DNA of 64,000 bases, taken from Neoconidiobolus thromboides FSU 785. Taxonomy: Eukaryota; Fungi; Entomophthoromycota. A program made the position numbers and the translations under genes. Below, piece by piece: positions 49,059-62,093 of the stretch. The notes beneath the pieces are model-generated. The model was not told the origin of the DNA, did no database searches, and was given only the letters and a program-made list of their open reading frames with translations. Where the stretch lies: positions 1 through 64,000 of the forward strand of contig MU626338.1 of NCBI GenBank assembly GCA_025603075.1. Direction: 5' to 3'. The first letter of the stretch is position 1. Each line of letters starts with the position of its first letter.

Positions 49059-49628
49059 ATTTAATAGTTAAACTTCTTTCAACACTATTGTGATTTAATA
49101 TTCGGGATACATAGTAATATTAGTGAATAGGTGAAAAGCATTATTAACAGAATAAATAGTTTATTAGCTTTGAATTCATAAAATAAAAAATAAAAGTTAT
49201 AATTATAACCTTTTACTACATTATTTTAAATATATTTCAAAATTTTTTTTATAAGAATGTTTAAAGTTATTGAGATAATAAACCAATATTATCATAAATA
49301 ATGACAACAAAATGTCTGGATTTCGATAAATAGTTTCAATAACAGTTATTAAATAAAATTTGAATAAAGCTAAATATTATTTGACACAATTTATTATAAA
49401 CAATATATTGAAGTTTAAATATCAGTCGGATAGATTTTTCATTTATTCAATCCAAATGATTTCGAAATTAACTTACATTTTATGTTTGCTAAATGGCACT
49501 CTATTAGCCTTTATAGTTATAGTCATTCAGTTCATAAAAGCTGAATGTTCATTCTGAGTTTGGACGAATCTGAACAAACTTAGGCTCAATCGACATACTA
49601 TTATTAACATTTAAAAATCTTTGAGTTA

Positions 49629-50912
49629 CTAATCTAGATCTAAGTCAGAATCAAAAGCTGGGTTCATTGGACTGATAACGGGCTTAGTAAAGACCTTGAT
49701 GTTGTTGTCTGTCTTAGCTTGATAAGAGCGTATTGCGTAATGAATTAAAGCTACTGACTGTTTAGCCATATCATAATAGGAGGTATTAATCTTTGGGTTA
49801 AACATACGGACATGTGATTGTATCTCATCCTTCGTTGGATAATTCATAGATGTAAAACACTCTCTTCCGATTTGTGGCGTCCCATTAATACCTGGGACAT
49901 TGACAAAAGTTGAAATTCCACCTTCTGTTGGTGTCTAATATAATATAATATAAAATTAAAATTCTTTAATATGATATTCTCTATACCTCTACATAAAAGC
50001 AATGAAATAACGTTTCTTCATTTTCACTCATTTTTTTAACCCTAAAAGTTATTACTTGATTTTACGATTTTTTTAAATTCTACCTTCTTGCTAGTTCTTT
50101 TGGCTTTCCAAGTTCATTAATGAACTCCAAATGATCAGTAACATATTGATAGAATGACCCAATATGGTCTTTATATAAATAAGCTCCAGCCGCCCCAGCT
50201 GCAACCGCTGCAATCGCTAATCCGCCTAAAGCATACTTCATTTTACTATTTCCCGTATCTTTTACTTCTCTTGTATCTTTTACTTCTCTTGTATCCATTG
50301 CTTTTTTAGTAAACTTTGACATAATACTCGTTGCTACTGAAGAAATAGTTGAAGCCTTTGAAGTAGCATGTCTACTAAACATGTTTTTATTCAGCCCATA
50401 AAATGGGGTCTCATACGCGATTATACCTAAAAGTTCTGGAAATGGCTGATAAAGAGAGTCTTTGCTTAAATTTGTATCTTGCTTTTCACTTAGATATCTT
50501 AAATATGCATCCGAGCCTAAAGTTTTAGAAATACTGTAATCTAATATATATTATATACCTAATAATCCTCCCATTGAATGCCCTATCATAACAGTTAATA
50601 ATGGAATATCACCACCAGGCTGAGAGCGACGATGACCTTCAATCCCCTTAAGCCAATCACAAAAACCATCTATTGCTTTATTTATGCTCCCTTTAGTTTC
50701 AAACTGTGGATAAACAGCTATGTTTATATGAGCTTCTGGAATTAAACCGTGTAAACTAGATTTTAGTTGTTCTGGAAATCCCTTTATGTTGTTTTTGAAT
50801 TTGTTCAATTGACTTTGTTTAATGTACTTACTTCAAATGTTTGATCTGATCCTCTAAACCCATGAATAAAGACCAATAAAACTCTCAAACTCTGGTGCTT
50901 CTTATTTTCCAT
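49629..50912 (-). CDS. DUF676/lipase-like alpha/beta hydrolase (multi-exon)
   Basis: LLVFIHGFRGSDQTF, VMIGHSMGGLL nucleophile elbow, LLGIIAYETPFYGLN; internal hydrophobic segment YALGGLAIAAVAAGAAGAY. Confidence 0.85.
50259..50296. repeat. 18-bp coding tandem duplication (DTREVK x2)
   Basis: gtatcttttacttctctt repeated; the protein reads DTREVKDTREVKDT. Confidence 0.88.
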
Positions 50913-51619
50913 TTTTTAATTAATTCAAGATTAGTTATTAAATTTATAAATGACTGTTCTTCATAAATTTGATTGTTGTTATTAACAACATTCGTCTCTT
51001 TGGTAAGACAGTTATAGCGAATTATTATTGGCTAAAAGCTAAAAGTTACTTTTTGGATGTAAACTTTAAGTGAAAAGCACTATGAATTAAACAGCAAAGT
51101 TAACATTATTTACAGCACTGATAGGTCTATAGCAATAGGAGACATAAAAATCATAGACTCAATAAAAGATCTGAACCTATTTGCAGTAACAAAATCAAGA
51201 ATTTTTATTTTCAAATAATTTTTATCTATAAGTTTTTTATAAAACTGCTCACTAAGTAGTATTGGTTTTTAAAACTAGCAGTCTACTATATTTATTTTCA
51301 AGTAGAAATATACTTGTTAAAGTGCAATGGTTAATACATTAAATTGGGGTTTTCTGCGTTTAGGTTATAATTTATGGTAGCATACATGTATTAAAATAGA
51401 ATGGTTTAGTATGACTTTATTGATTTGAGTAGGGATACGTTGAATCGTGATATCAAACTAGCAAAATATTTGATGGCACTTTTTTTATTTACCAAAATAA
51501 ATTATAGCAATTTTCTAGGCAAACAACTAATTTTAAAATCTGGCAAATTAAATCTACCCATTTTTGCAATATTTAGAAAATTGCACTAAATTTTGACTAA
51601 TCTTTGTTTAAAATATTAA

Positions 51620-54600
51620 ATGTTAATTGAACATCTGGCTACTAATTACACAAAGTTGAGCCACTACGTAGCGAAGGAGGTAGAGAAGTTATATGGTTGG
51701 CGCAACTTGGTTAGCAATGTAAACTCAAAGATAATTTTACATTGTTTAAATACCGATGCTCTTTGGGATCAACTAGTGAACTACACCAATAATGACAAAG
51801 CAAAAGGATTTACAATAAAAGCAGAAATACATTGTAACGACAGTAAACTAATAAAGCCAAACATAAATGGGACAAACGAAAATTCATATGGAGGTCATGG
51901 TTATAAAGGAAATTTTATAGTAGAATCAAAGATACTAAATTTGGATGAGCAACTTTTAGAAACATCACTTAAAATACGTCACATCGTGAATGAGAAAGTT
52001 CTTCCTCATATAATGAAATCGGAATTTGGATCCTCCTGTGGAAAGGTAATTGATTTTACTCCTTATTTTTTAAATGAAAGCATCAAATCTATTTCAAGTT
52101 TGGATATCAATAGCCAACTAAGGAATAAAATTTCTGATGACTATGATTGCGATTCAGATGCTGAGGATTCACAACCAATTGTTAAGAATGATTCTATTAT
52201 TTTATGCCTTGTGGACGAGATTTCTAAATTAAATTTTAATTTTGAAGAAGAATTAAACATAAACGAAATTGAATCTGAGGATATTTATCATGACATAATT
52301 TACGATAGGGATGTATTAAATGAAGTATATGACATTTTTTCACTAAAAGAGACAATTTTTCAAAAAGACTCAGAATTGAAAGAATTAAAACAAAGACTGG
52401 ACAAACTCAATCAAGTAGAATCTCCAGTAGAATCAGAAGATGAAGATGAAAAGACTGAAGATGAAAATAATCAACATCAATCGCCTATCTTTAATTGCGA
52501 TAGAGGACCATTAAAATTTTTAATGAATTTGATTGATAGAACCCAAAATAAATTAAGCTCTTCAAAGAGTGAAATAAGGTCATTAGTAGGCGAGATGAAC
52601 GGAGATGATGGTAGTAACTTTATAGCTCGTAACCATAAGACGGAGCTTTATGTAGCATTAGAAATGATAGTTCAAAATTTAATCGATTTTAAGGAACATA
52701 GCTTTCCATTTTTAAATCCAGTTCAGCGAAAGAATGCACCTGATTATCATAGAGTTATCTCAAATCCTATGGATTTATCCACATTATCTAGAAGAGTAAA
52801 AGCAAGAAAATATCAAACTCAGCAGGACTTTGAAAAGGATCTTTTTTTGATTTATTCTAATTGCAGGAAATATAATACAGCTGAAGGTAATGAATACATA
52901 AAGCATGCGGACGCAATGGAGGATCATTCAAAAAGTTTATTAAAATCCATCCCTGAAGATTTCAATAAACCATTTCCTATTCAAAATGGTAGAAGAGCAA
53001 GCTTTACTCCAATTAATATGAACTCAAAAAGGTCAAGTTCTACTTTAGACGCTATTGGTGAAATTGAAGAAAGACATGCTAATTCGTTACTTGATAGATC
53101 GCAGAAAGCTTCTACTGAATATAGGGCAAAGGAAAGCATAAATTTGAGGAATAAAATTAATGAAGTTTCAAATGAAATTACGAAACTTAATGAAAAATTA
53201 ACTTCATTGAAATTTAAAGTTGGCCTTGATCAAGACCCAAGACTGAAAAAATGGTTAAGCATTACAAGAGATGCAAGAGCGAACAATAGGCTGATGGGCT
53301 TTGCTTTAACTGAGAAAAAATTTGATGACTGCCCTATGATCATACAAGGCTCGTCTAATAATCTACTTCCAGAAATACTGTATAATGATTTAGAAAGAAA
53401 TACGGAAACTGACACGAGCTTGACTTTTTCTAAAGCAGGTTTTAACCATTTACCGTCTAATGGAGTCAATGGCATCCGAAAACTCAAAGCGCCCAGCTCT
53501 AGTAAAGTTGGTGAAAAAATCGATGTGTACAAAGTATATCCTGAGTTAAATATGTCAGCAACAGTTCCAAGAATAAGCAACCTGAATGATTCATCTAAAT
53601 TATTTGATGAAGATTATATCGATCAGATAGAAAGGAATCAACCAAATCTCGCAGAATATAAGGAGGCTTTGATTCCAGATAGTCATTTTTCACGAGTATT
53701 TATGAATAGTATTGCTGAGTTGAAATGCACCCAAGAAATGAATGATAAAATAGGCACAGCTGAAGAATTTTTAGGAGATGACCTGGCTGGAAGTCATAAT
53801 GCAGAAGCGCTTAGATCAACAATTCACTATTTAAGTACAGAATCCAAGCCAAATGTAGCGCCATTTTTAAAATTACTGTCAGATAAGGGTAAATTATTAA
53901 ATTCTCCTATTGTGGATAATAATGCGGCTAATGAGATGTGCATTCGCTCAACTTCATTACTATTACAAAATGCAGGGTTTGAATCTTGTCAAGATCATTC
54001 TCTAAAAATATTGGCACAAATTATGGGTGAATATATTGAGAAGCTTGGAAAAACAATGCGTATATACATGGACCTATATGGAAATGAAATGACAGCAGAA
54101 GAAATGTTACTGCATACATTATATGAAAATAAGGTTTCAAGCATTGAAGATATTAGTGATTATTTAGAAATGGGTCTCGAAAGGCAATGTGAGAAATTTA
54201 GAGAAGCACAACAAAAGTTGAAAGATCATTTTAATACATTAATTTCAAGACCTAGTGGAAGCGGTATTAATGAGGAAGGAGAATTTGATTTTGATAAAGG
54301 TCTTGACACTTTTATGGCAGGTAACTTTGAAGACGTTACTGGAGATGACTTTTTTGGATTCAAAGAACTTGGTCTGGACAGAGAATTGGGGCTTGACACA
54401 CTTTCAGTTCCAGCCCGTCTTTTGTTAGGGCATAAAAGGCAGACATTCGCACATATTATGAATGGAATGGAAGATTCCATACCGCCAGACTATACCCCAC
54501 CACCTGCTTATTCCCCAATTACACAATCCACAGAGGTTATAGGGCTCCTCAAAGAATATTTTGATCAAAGGTTAAATGATGCCCCGGACGGAGTAATTGA

Positions 54601-55348
54601 AGATGATAGTTTTCCACCACGCAAATCAATTAAACCTAAAGTTCCACCCGTTGGCAAACAGATAATCATTCTACGTAGAAAAATGGTTGAACATGAAGCA
54701 CAAGTTGCTGCTAAAAGAGAAAAGAAGGAAAAAGAGAACGAGGAACGTAATAAGCGTAAGAAAATAAGAGAAGAAGAGCTGGAAAATAAGCGAAGGATTC
54801 GCAAGGCTGAGCGGTTGGCCAAAGCACAAGCAAAGGAAGAAGAGAGAGCAAAAAGAAGGACAGCCAAGGCTGCTATTGCTGAAGCAAGAAAGGCGGAGCT
54901 TGAACAAAAGCGAATTAATTCTCGCAAGACAAATGCTAATTATACTTCCCCAACTCCCACGACTCCTCAAAAGGAAGTTGATGAAGATAATGATTCTTTG
55001 TTTGGCTCATCACCAAGAAGTAAGTCCACATCACCGAGTCCAACCCCATCTCCGAATTATACATCGCCTGCAATTTCGAGTACATCTTCTGATGATGATG
55101 AAAAAGTTGGGATGTCAAGTAGGAATAAATTAATGCGAAAAAATAGCCCTGGGTACAATATTGGTGTCAACAGCAAGAAGGTTAGATTTAGCCATTCAAA
55201 CTCTCAAGGCCAACAGCCAAATGGACGCAGTGATTCAGCAACTATCAGCTCCACTTCAGAGGATTCAGATAGCGACTTGTTTAATCCAAACTTGAAAAGA
55301 AGCTCCAACTCACGCAGTCGAAATTTTCATAATAGAGAAAGGGCATAA
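51620..55348 (+). CDS. SPT7: SAGA complex subunit SPT7 (bromodomain plus histone fold), intronless
   Basis: ELYVALEMIVQNL..EHSFPFLNPVQRKNAPDYHRVISNPMDLSTL..DLFLIYSNCRKYN bromodomain; histone-fold region SLLLQNAGFESCQDHSLKILAQIMGEYIEKLGKTMR; FMAGNFEDVTGDDFFGFKELGLDRELGLDTLSVPARLL is typical of Spt7. Confidence 0.92.
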   Translation: MLIEHLATNYTKLSHYVAKEVEKLYGWRNLVSNVNSKIILHCLNTDALWDQLVNYTNNDKAKGFTIKAEIHCNDSKLIKPNINGTNENSYGGHGYKGNFIVESKILNLDEQLLETSLKIRHIVNEKVLPHIMKSEFGSSCGKVIDFTPYFLNESIKSISSLDINSQLRNKISDDYDCDSDAEDSQPIVKNDSIILCLVDEISKLNFNFEEELNINEIESEDIYHDIIYDRDVLNEVYDIFSLKETIFQKDSELKELKQRLDKLNQVESPVESEDEDEKTEDENNQHQSPIFNCDRGPLKFLMNLIDRTQNKLSSSKSEIRSLVGEMNGDDGSNFIARNHKTELYVALEMIVQNLIDFKEHSFPFLNPVQRKNAPDYHRVISNPMDLSTLSRRVKARKYQTQQDFEKDLFLIYSNCRKYNTAEGNEYIKHADAMEDHSKSLLKSIPEDFNKPFPIQNGRRASFTPINMNSKRSSSTLDAIGEIEERHANSLLDRSQKASTEYRAKESINLRNKINEVSNEITKLNEKLTSLKFKVGLDQDPRLKKWLSITRDARANNRLMGFALTEKKFDDCPMIIQGSSNNLLPEILYNDLERNTETDTSLTFSKAGFNHLPSNGVNGIRKLKAPSSSKVGEKIDVYKVYPELNMSATVPRISNLNDSSKLFDEDYIDQIERNQPNLAEYKEALIPDSHFSRVFMNSIAELKCTQEMNDKIGTAEEFLGDDLAGSHNAEALRSTIHYLSTESKPNVAPFLKLLSDKGKLLNSPIVDNNAANEMCIRSTSLLLQNAGFESCQDHSLKILAQIMGEYIEKLGKTMRIYMDLYGNEMTAEEMLLHTLYENKVSSIEDISDYLEMGLERQCEKFREAQQKLKDHFNTLISRPSGSGINEEGEFDFDKGLDTFMAGNFEDVTGDDFFGFKELGLDRELGLDTLSVPARLLLGHKRQTFAHIMNGMEDSIPPDYTPPPAYSPITQSTEVIGLLKEYFDQRLNDAPDGVIEDDSFPPRKSIKPKVPPVGKQIIILRRKMVEHEAQVAAKREKKEKENEERNKRKKIREEELENKRRIRKAERLAKAQAKEEERAKRRTAKAAIAEARKAELEQKRINSRKTNANYTSPTPTTPQKEVDEDNDSLFGSSPRSKSTSPSPTPSPNYTSPAISSTSSDDDEKVGMSSRNKLMRKNSPGYNIGVNSKKVRFSHSNSQGQQPNGRSDSATISSTSEDSDSDLFNPNLKRSSNSRSRNFHNRERA

Positions 55349-55987
55349 GATAAGGATAATATGCTAAAGTATAATTAATTTTTTCTAGAAATATTATTGA
55401 ATTATTAGCGTGATCTATAAAACAATTAAAAAGAATACAAGTTTGTGAGTTATTGGTTAATTAAAGTTATTTTAAAATTAATTTGAAGATTTACTGCGAT
55501 ATTTTATATTTTGGTTGTTCAGTTTGTTTTGAAATTTACATCGGAAGCCAAAGTAATCATACTATATATGCTTGTTTTTATAGATGATCTCTTGTACTTT
55601 TAGGTTTTAGCTTTTTATTTAATTGGTATTTAATATTCATCATAGTTTATTTTACAGACTATGATAGCAAGGTGAAGTTTATTAATAGTATGGTGGTAGT
55701 TTATTAAAATTAATATTTCCTTAAGCTTAAATATTCAAAAATTAATACTTAATAAACATAAAATAAATTAACATCAATGCTTTATTTTTGGTGTAATATT
55801 AGAACTTTGATTCATATTAATATATCAGTTTTTTAAAAACACATATTTGTATATTCTTTCATTATCACAAAAAAATGATTAGAATATACAAAATTTAAAG
55901 CATACATTATAATATAAAAATATAGCAATTTACGCAGCAACCTTAAAGATTTCAATATTTCCAAAAGTTTGAAAGCTTGTCTTAAAA

Positions 55988-57335
55988 ATGAATGTAATCA
56001 AGTTATACTATTTTGTCATATTAATTAGTTAATAAATATCTTTAGGACATACCAGTCTGCTACTACGATTTGTTAGAAGTAAATAACGATGCAAGTGATA
56101 AAGAAATTAAGATAGCATATAGAAAACAAGCCTTAGTTTGGCATCCAGATAAAAACCCAACTAGAAACGAAGAAGCTACATTTCGATTTTCAAAGGTTCA
56201 ACACGCTTACCAGGTTTTGTCGGATCCTCAAGAAAGAGCTTGGTATGATGAGAATCGAGATTCTATTTTATTTGGTGATGGAAGCTCATCTAATAATGAT
56301 ATAGGAGTAGCTGAACTAATGCATTATTTCTCTTGTTTATATGTTGATTACTCTGATAAGCCTACTGGATTCTACACAGTTCACAGAATGTTATTTGAAA
56401 AACTTACCAAAAACGAAGGTAATGAAGAGATTAAAGCTGTTCCTAGCTTTGGTGATTCAATTACTCCTTATAGCGAAATCAAAAAGTTTTATAATTTTTG
56501 GGAAAACTTTTCAACAGATTTAGAATTTACTTGGTATGAAGAGTATAATGCATCACAAGGGCCAGATAGAAAGGCGCGAAGATACATGGAAAAAGAGAAC
56601 AAGAAACTAAGGGACAATGCTAAAAAAGAATATAACTCAACTGTGAGGAATTTGGTTTTATTTATAATGAAAAGGGATCCAAGAGTTAAGGAGTATTTAG
56701 ACAATAAAAAGAAAGAAAAAGAAAAAAAAGAGAATGAAAAAAAGGAAAAGATAAAGGATCAAAAACAAAAAGTAATGCAAAGTAAGTTGAACTCAGAATA
56801 TGTAACCCAGGATTGGAGTGAGTTGAATCGTGAAGATGAAGAGGAGTTAAAGCTACTTGAAGAGGAATGGAGGATCAATGATTCTTTAGTGAATTCCAAA
56901 AAAGAAGAAATTATCGAAGATTTATATTGTATTGCTTGTAACAAGGACTTTAATTCGGTAAAACAGTTTGAAGCTCATAAATTAACTAAAATCCATATAA
57001 AAATGATTGAAAAGATCAAAGTTGAAATGATGAATGATGAAATGCTTTTTGATAGTATTAACGATGTCAAAAGCCAAATTAAAGATCAAGGTTTTTATTA
57101 TACAGATTCTATAGATCATACAATAGAAGGGTTAGATAATCTTAGTTTGAATTCAAAAGCCAAAAAGAATGGCAAAAAGAAGAATAAAAAGAAAGACCAG
57201 TTTAGTTATGACGAGATAGACATCATTGAAAGTGGCGAGTTATATACAAACGAAAATAGTTTAGAGTCAAAGAAAAAGAACCAAAATTTAAAAAGTTCTT
57301 TTTCTTTCGATTTACTTGAGAATGAGAATGAATGA
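55988..57335 (+). CDS. JJJ1: J-domain co-chaperone JJJ1/DNAJC21
   Basis: A 6-nt first exon (ATG AAT) and intron, then CYYDLLEV..KQALVWHPDKN..VLSDPQERAWYD; RRYMEKENKKLRDNAKKEYNSTVRNLVLFIMKRDPRVK; C2H2 finger LYCIACNKDFNSVKQFEAHKLTKIH. Confidence 0.92.
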
Positions 57336-58188
57336 TAGTATACCTCACATAATTTGATGTTTTTTTTGCAAGAAAATACGGCTAACTTGATTTTATAGTA
57401 TATTCTTTCATTAATGATAATTGTTGAGTAATTCCAACTCATAGATAGGCGTGACTAGGCTTATAATTTATAGATTAAAACTTCATTTCTAAAATAAGTC
57501 AATATCCAAGATTTAGATGTTTTTTTGTTGAATTAACTTATTATCTTACAAGTATATATTCTTTTTTACTATTAAATACCGCATTTAATAAAACATAAAC
57601 TAAAGGTACTATAATTATATTTATTTTATTAAGTTGTTTATTTTACTTTCCAAATGCCAATAACTATATAAATTTTATTGAATCTGATGTTTGAACATCG
57701 TTTTGTTTACAACATAATATAATCTACATTTATCTTGACAATGTTATATAATTCTGGTAAAAATTAAAAAATCAAATTTGCTTATTTGGATTTTTTCAAT
57801 GTTGTTTTAGCTACTTCAAACGTATATCTTAAGAGCCAACTTTTTTACTACAATATATTCTAAAGAAAAAACTATTGAGCGTACTTTATTTTCATTCCGA
57901 CACAACGCATATTATCTTTAGGTAAACTTGAATATTTATTTCTGATACACACATTTAAATACCATCAGAACTATGTTTCAGGATAAATATCCCCTACTAA
58001 ACCATATAAAATTTTATTTTTTATAATAATTTCTCCTATTTCAAATTCTTTATGACTTAATTGGAGAATTTGGGGGCTGAATAGTGATTGGTTAATATCA
58101 TTGTTACGTTCAACTTTCGATGTTAATTTGCTAAAATAAGGAGCACGTCTTTAAGCCAGAAAATTTTGTTTATAAATTTATTTACAAA

Positions 58189-60053
58189 ATGTCTACAAAC
58201 CGCCCCAGTTCAAGGCATAGTAATAAAAACTCAACTGTTAGCTCAAAAGGTGATGACAATTTATCGAATGCTAGACAAAGGCAAACAAAACGTGATGAGG
58301 TAATAATTTTTAATTTATATTTTGTTCATAGTTTTACTTTTAGGCTATCCGCCGTAAAGCTGAGACCGACTTAAAAAAGAAGAGGAACCCTAACCATTCA
58401 ACAAGTCAAAGGCACAGTAAACGTGTACCGGGAACTGTGTCCGCATTGAGGCCTTCTCCTGCTCTTACTGTTAATAGTACAATTAAGGTTACCGAAGCCT
58501 CTCAAATGATGGCTGCAAAAAGAGCGGACTGTGTACTTGTAGTGGATGAAGATGAGCATTTAGCAGGTATCTTTACTGCTAAAGATTTAGCTTACAGAGT
58601 TGTTGCTGAAGGTCTTGACGCAAGAACAACTACTGTTGCTAATATCATGACACCCAATCCGCTCTGTGTAACTTCTGATGCTAGTGCCACAGATGCTTTA
58701 AATACAATGGTTCAAAGGGGATTCCGCCATCTTCCAGTATGTAATGAAGAGGGCGATATTGTTGGACTTTTAGATATTACAAAATGTCTTTATGATGCGC
58801 TTGACAAAATGGATCGTGCTTATGGGTCAAGTCGTAAGTTATATGACGCTCTTGAAGGTGTAGAAAAAGAATGGGCAATGCAAGCACCTCAATTTTTACA
58901 ACTTATGGGCTCTTTAAAAGATCAGATCAATTGCCCTGATGTTACTACCGTTTTAGATGGAACTCTTCCAGCAGATATCTCGCCAAAAACTTCAGTTAGA
59001 GAAGCCGCAAAGGCTATGAAAGCCATCCGTACAACTGCGGTTTTAGTAACCGAAAATGATTCGATTACCGGTATTTTCACTAGTAAAGATATAGTATTGC
59101 GTGTCATTGCTGCTCAATTAGATCCATCTAACTGTAGCGTTGTAAGGGTTATGACCCCCCACCCTGATACTGCTTTGCCAGATACCACCATCCTTGACGC
59201 ATTAAAAAGAATGCATAATGGGCACTATTTAAATCTTCCAATTGTTGATGAATTCAAGCAAGTAGTTGGTATGGTAGATGTTTTAAAATTAACTTATGCT
59301 ACCCTTGAACAAATAAATAACCTTCAAGGTCAAGAAGGGGATGGATCTGGTCCAATGTGGAGTAAGTTTTGGAGTACTGCATTGGCCGGCGAGGATGAAT
59401 CTACTATATCAGATTCAATGACATCTAACCAACAAACTCAAGGAGCCAGTGAAGTGTATCCACATGAGTCAGTATCTGCCATTGATGAAGATCCAACTTT
59501 AGCTGAAAATGCTAGCAAAACATTCGTATTTAAGTTTAAAGCACCTTCTGGTAAAGTATATCGTATCAATGCTTTAGACAATAATTTCCAACAATTGAGA
59601 GATAATATTGTTGGTAAATTGATTGAAGAATCGCCTGAAACTGAGCCTAGTGCTATCCCACCAATTTGCTATGCTGACGATGAAGGAGATCTTGTTTTGC
59701 TCCTTCACGATGACGACTTAAAGGATGCTGTACAACTTGCTCGCCAAAATGGATGGCAAAGAATTATTTTATCTTTAGCTGAAAACCCAGAAATACCTAA
59801 AGATGAAACAATTGAAAAATCAACTCATGAGTCCGAAGTTTCTCGTAAGGCAACCCAAACTCCTGTTATATCAGAACCAATTGAAGAACCAGCTAAGGTA
59901 CAAGCCAAAGTAGCTACAGAAGAGAAGGCAGTAGTACCTCAAAAAACTGAACCTTTAATTCCAGAAAATTTAGTAATCCCAGTGGCTGTTGGTAGTGGTG
60001 TTTTGGTTGCTTTAATTGGTGTTTTCATTGTTATGAAAGCTACCTCCCGTTAA
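58189..60053 (+). CDS. CBS-domain/PB1 protein with C-terminal TM (S. pombe Mug70-like), two exons
   Basis: QTKRDEAIRRKAE after splicing; four CBS repeats (AGIFTAKDLAYRVVAEGLD, GFRHLPV, GIFTSKDIVLRVIA, GHYLNLPIVD); PB1 domain (FVFKFKAPSGKVYR..ICYADDEGDLVLL); hydrophobic C-terminal tail. Confidence 0.9.
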
Positions 60054-60398
60054 ACATTTTAGATTCTAGTATAATATTATAGTAGTAAATGTATTTCATC
60101 TCCGAATTTATTAGAATACTTTACTTTTTTGAAAAAATGTATATTATTTAACTTGTAAAAATATTTTTAGCTGTTTGATTTTGGCTTAATAGGCACTTAT
60201 GTATACTGTTTAAATGTAGTATAGTCTTAAAATGCTTAAATGATATTCTTTGTTAATATATATATGATTGAACTTCTAACATAAAAACGCTGTGAAATGA
60301 ATCTGTATATATTACAATTCTATACTCAAAAGAATTCTACAAAATCAATCAATAGATAGCCTGACTATTAAAGCTTAGAGGGTTTTATTTTATAACAG

Positions 60399-61703
60399 TT
60401 ACTTATCCTTATTAATATACGAATCTTGTAAATACCGAGCCAACATTTCGTCCGAGATTAAAAGGTGAGATTTTTGCTGAGAGACTTCAGCGCCTGCCAG
60501 CCTCAAAATGTATTCAAACAAGCTTAAGGCCGAAATAGGCAGGTTCTGTTTACTTTTATATCCTGAAGATACAATAAGTTGATTCAAAATTTCCAACTGA
60601 TTAAGTCCAGCTTTTGGTTCTTTATTCTTTATTAAAAGTTCTTCTCTTTTATCTGTTTCTGTTTTATCCTTTTTTTCATCCGTTTCTTCATCCGACTCAT
60701 CATTATTATAGTTATTTATTGCTAACGCAAGCCATTGTGTATCTTTTTTATCTTTTTCTTCATTAGCCACTTTAAGTACCAGAACTGGTTCAGTTATATC
60801 TTCGATATTTAATAGTTTGCCACTTGAGCTATAATACATACTTCTGATTTTTTCAACCAAAATACGTTTCTCCCCAGGCGTAGCATCTTCATGAACTCTA
60901 CCATCATCAAAATCTTCTTCTAATACAACCTCGTAGATAATTCCATCTTGATGAAACTTTCTTTCAATCCAGCCTTGGCATAATGCATATTCTTCTTTCC
61001 AAGTAAAATCTTCTTTTCCTTTAGGCCTTGAAGATGCGGAAAATAGACTATATACAGTAAACTGGATTTCTTTCCCAACTTTGACCACTTTTAAACCGCT
61101 CTGGTTCATCTGTGCGACACACGTTAAAAGTGATGATGCTTGTAACAACCGAGATGCTGATATACCTTTAGGTAACTTCGAATTCAAGTCAACGTTTGTA
61201 ATCGAAAGTACTAACTGAATATAAGAAACTGTTGAATCTAACTTCCCCACTAATTTTTTTAACTCTTTTATTATTAGCTCTGCGTCATTATGGTTTGTAT
61301 CATTTGACTTTATAGGATCAGAATTAAATTTACTATTAAACTGTTCAATATCTTGTCTCAAACTGTCCGTCATTTCAATCACTGCTTCCAACGAGCTATT
61401 TCCTCTTGAAATACCTACTTCAATCAGCTCGATAGCAGGCGAAATTATATTTAATCGAAACTCAAACTCTTTTTTTAATATCTTCAACTCGAAGCTCTCT
61501 TTTTTTGTCGATGCATCTATATATTTAGTTATTTGAGCCTAAACGGTGATTAATGTTTGAATGTTAAGTTAGCTTTTATAGAGTAAAATAATTGATTAAT
61601 TTAAAGATCTTATTACCATAGCTACTTTGGTTACTAACCCGAATGCTGCTTTGCCCACTAAAGACACTGCTTGTCCCGATAGTTTGGCTAGTAGTTCATC
61701 CAT
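60399..61703 (-). CDS. YRB30: Ran-GTP-binding protein YRB30-like (two exons)
   Basis: MDELLAKLSGQAVSLVGKAAFGLVTKVAM..RLNIISPAIELIE..RGNSSLE, FTVYSLFSAS..FTWKEEY, EEDFDDGRVHED, MYYSSSGKLLNI, LSLFEYILRLAGAEVSQQKSHLLISDEML. Confidence 0.85.
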
Positions 61704-62093
61704 ATCTTTTTATGTTAAAGTAAATAAAAAATTAGTTTAGTCATTGATTTTTGTATCATTTTAAGCTTAGTTCAGAATAATTGGTTAAATTAAAGTTTAC
61801 ACCTATTAGTTACGTGGTAAGTAAAAAAGTAGTTTTTATAGATTATATAGTGGATAGAAAAATAGTCTGAATGTTTATAAATCTTCTAATAATTTGATGT
61901 TTTAGAAAAAAATAAAGCAAGATGAATAAAATGTTTAAAGGATCATTCAAAGACAGGCTAAACAATTAACTAAACATTTCAAACTTGCTCGATAATAATG
62001 ATTAATACTTTTAGCATTTTTAAAAATGTATAAAAAAGATTTTTGACCTTTCTTTAAAATCTCAGTTGTTACGTATAGCTCACTCAATCACTG

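Noticed and set aside
53230-55133. Several overlapping ORFs within SPT7 (also those inside CABLES, DBF2, THI5, JJJ1 and the CBS gene)
   Set aside because: Alternative-frame or antisense shadows of long, well-conserved coding exons.
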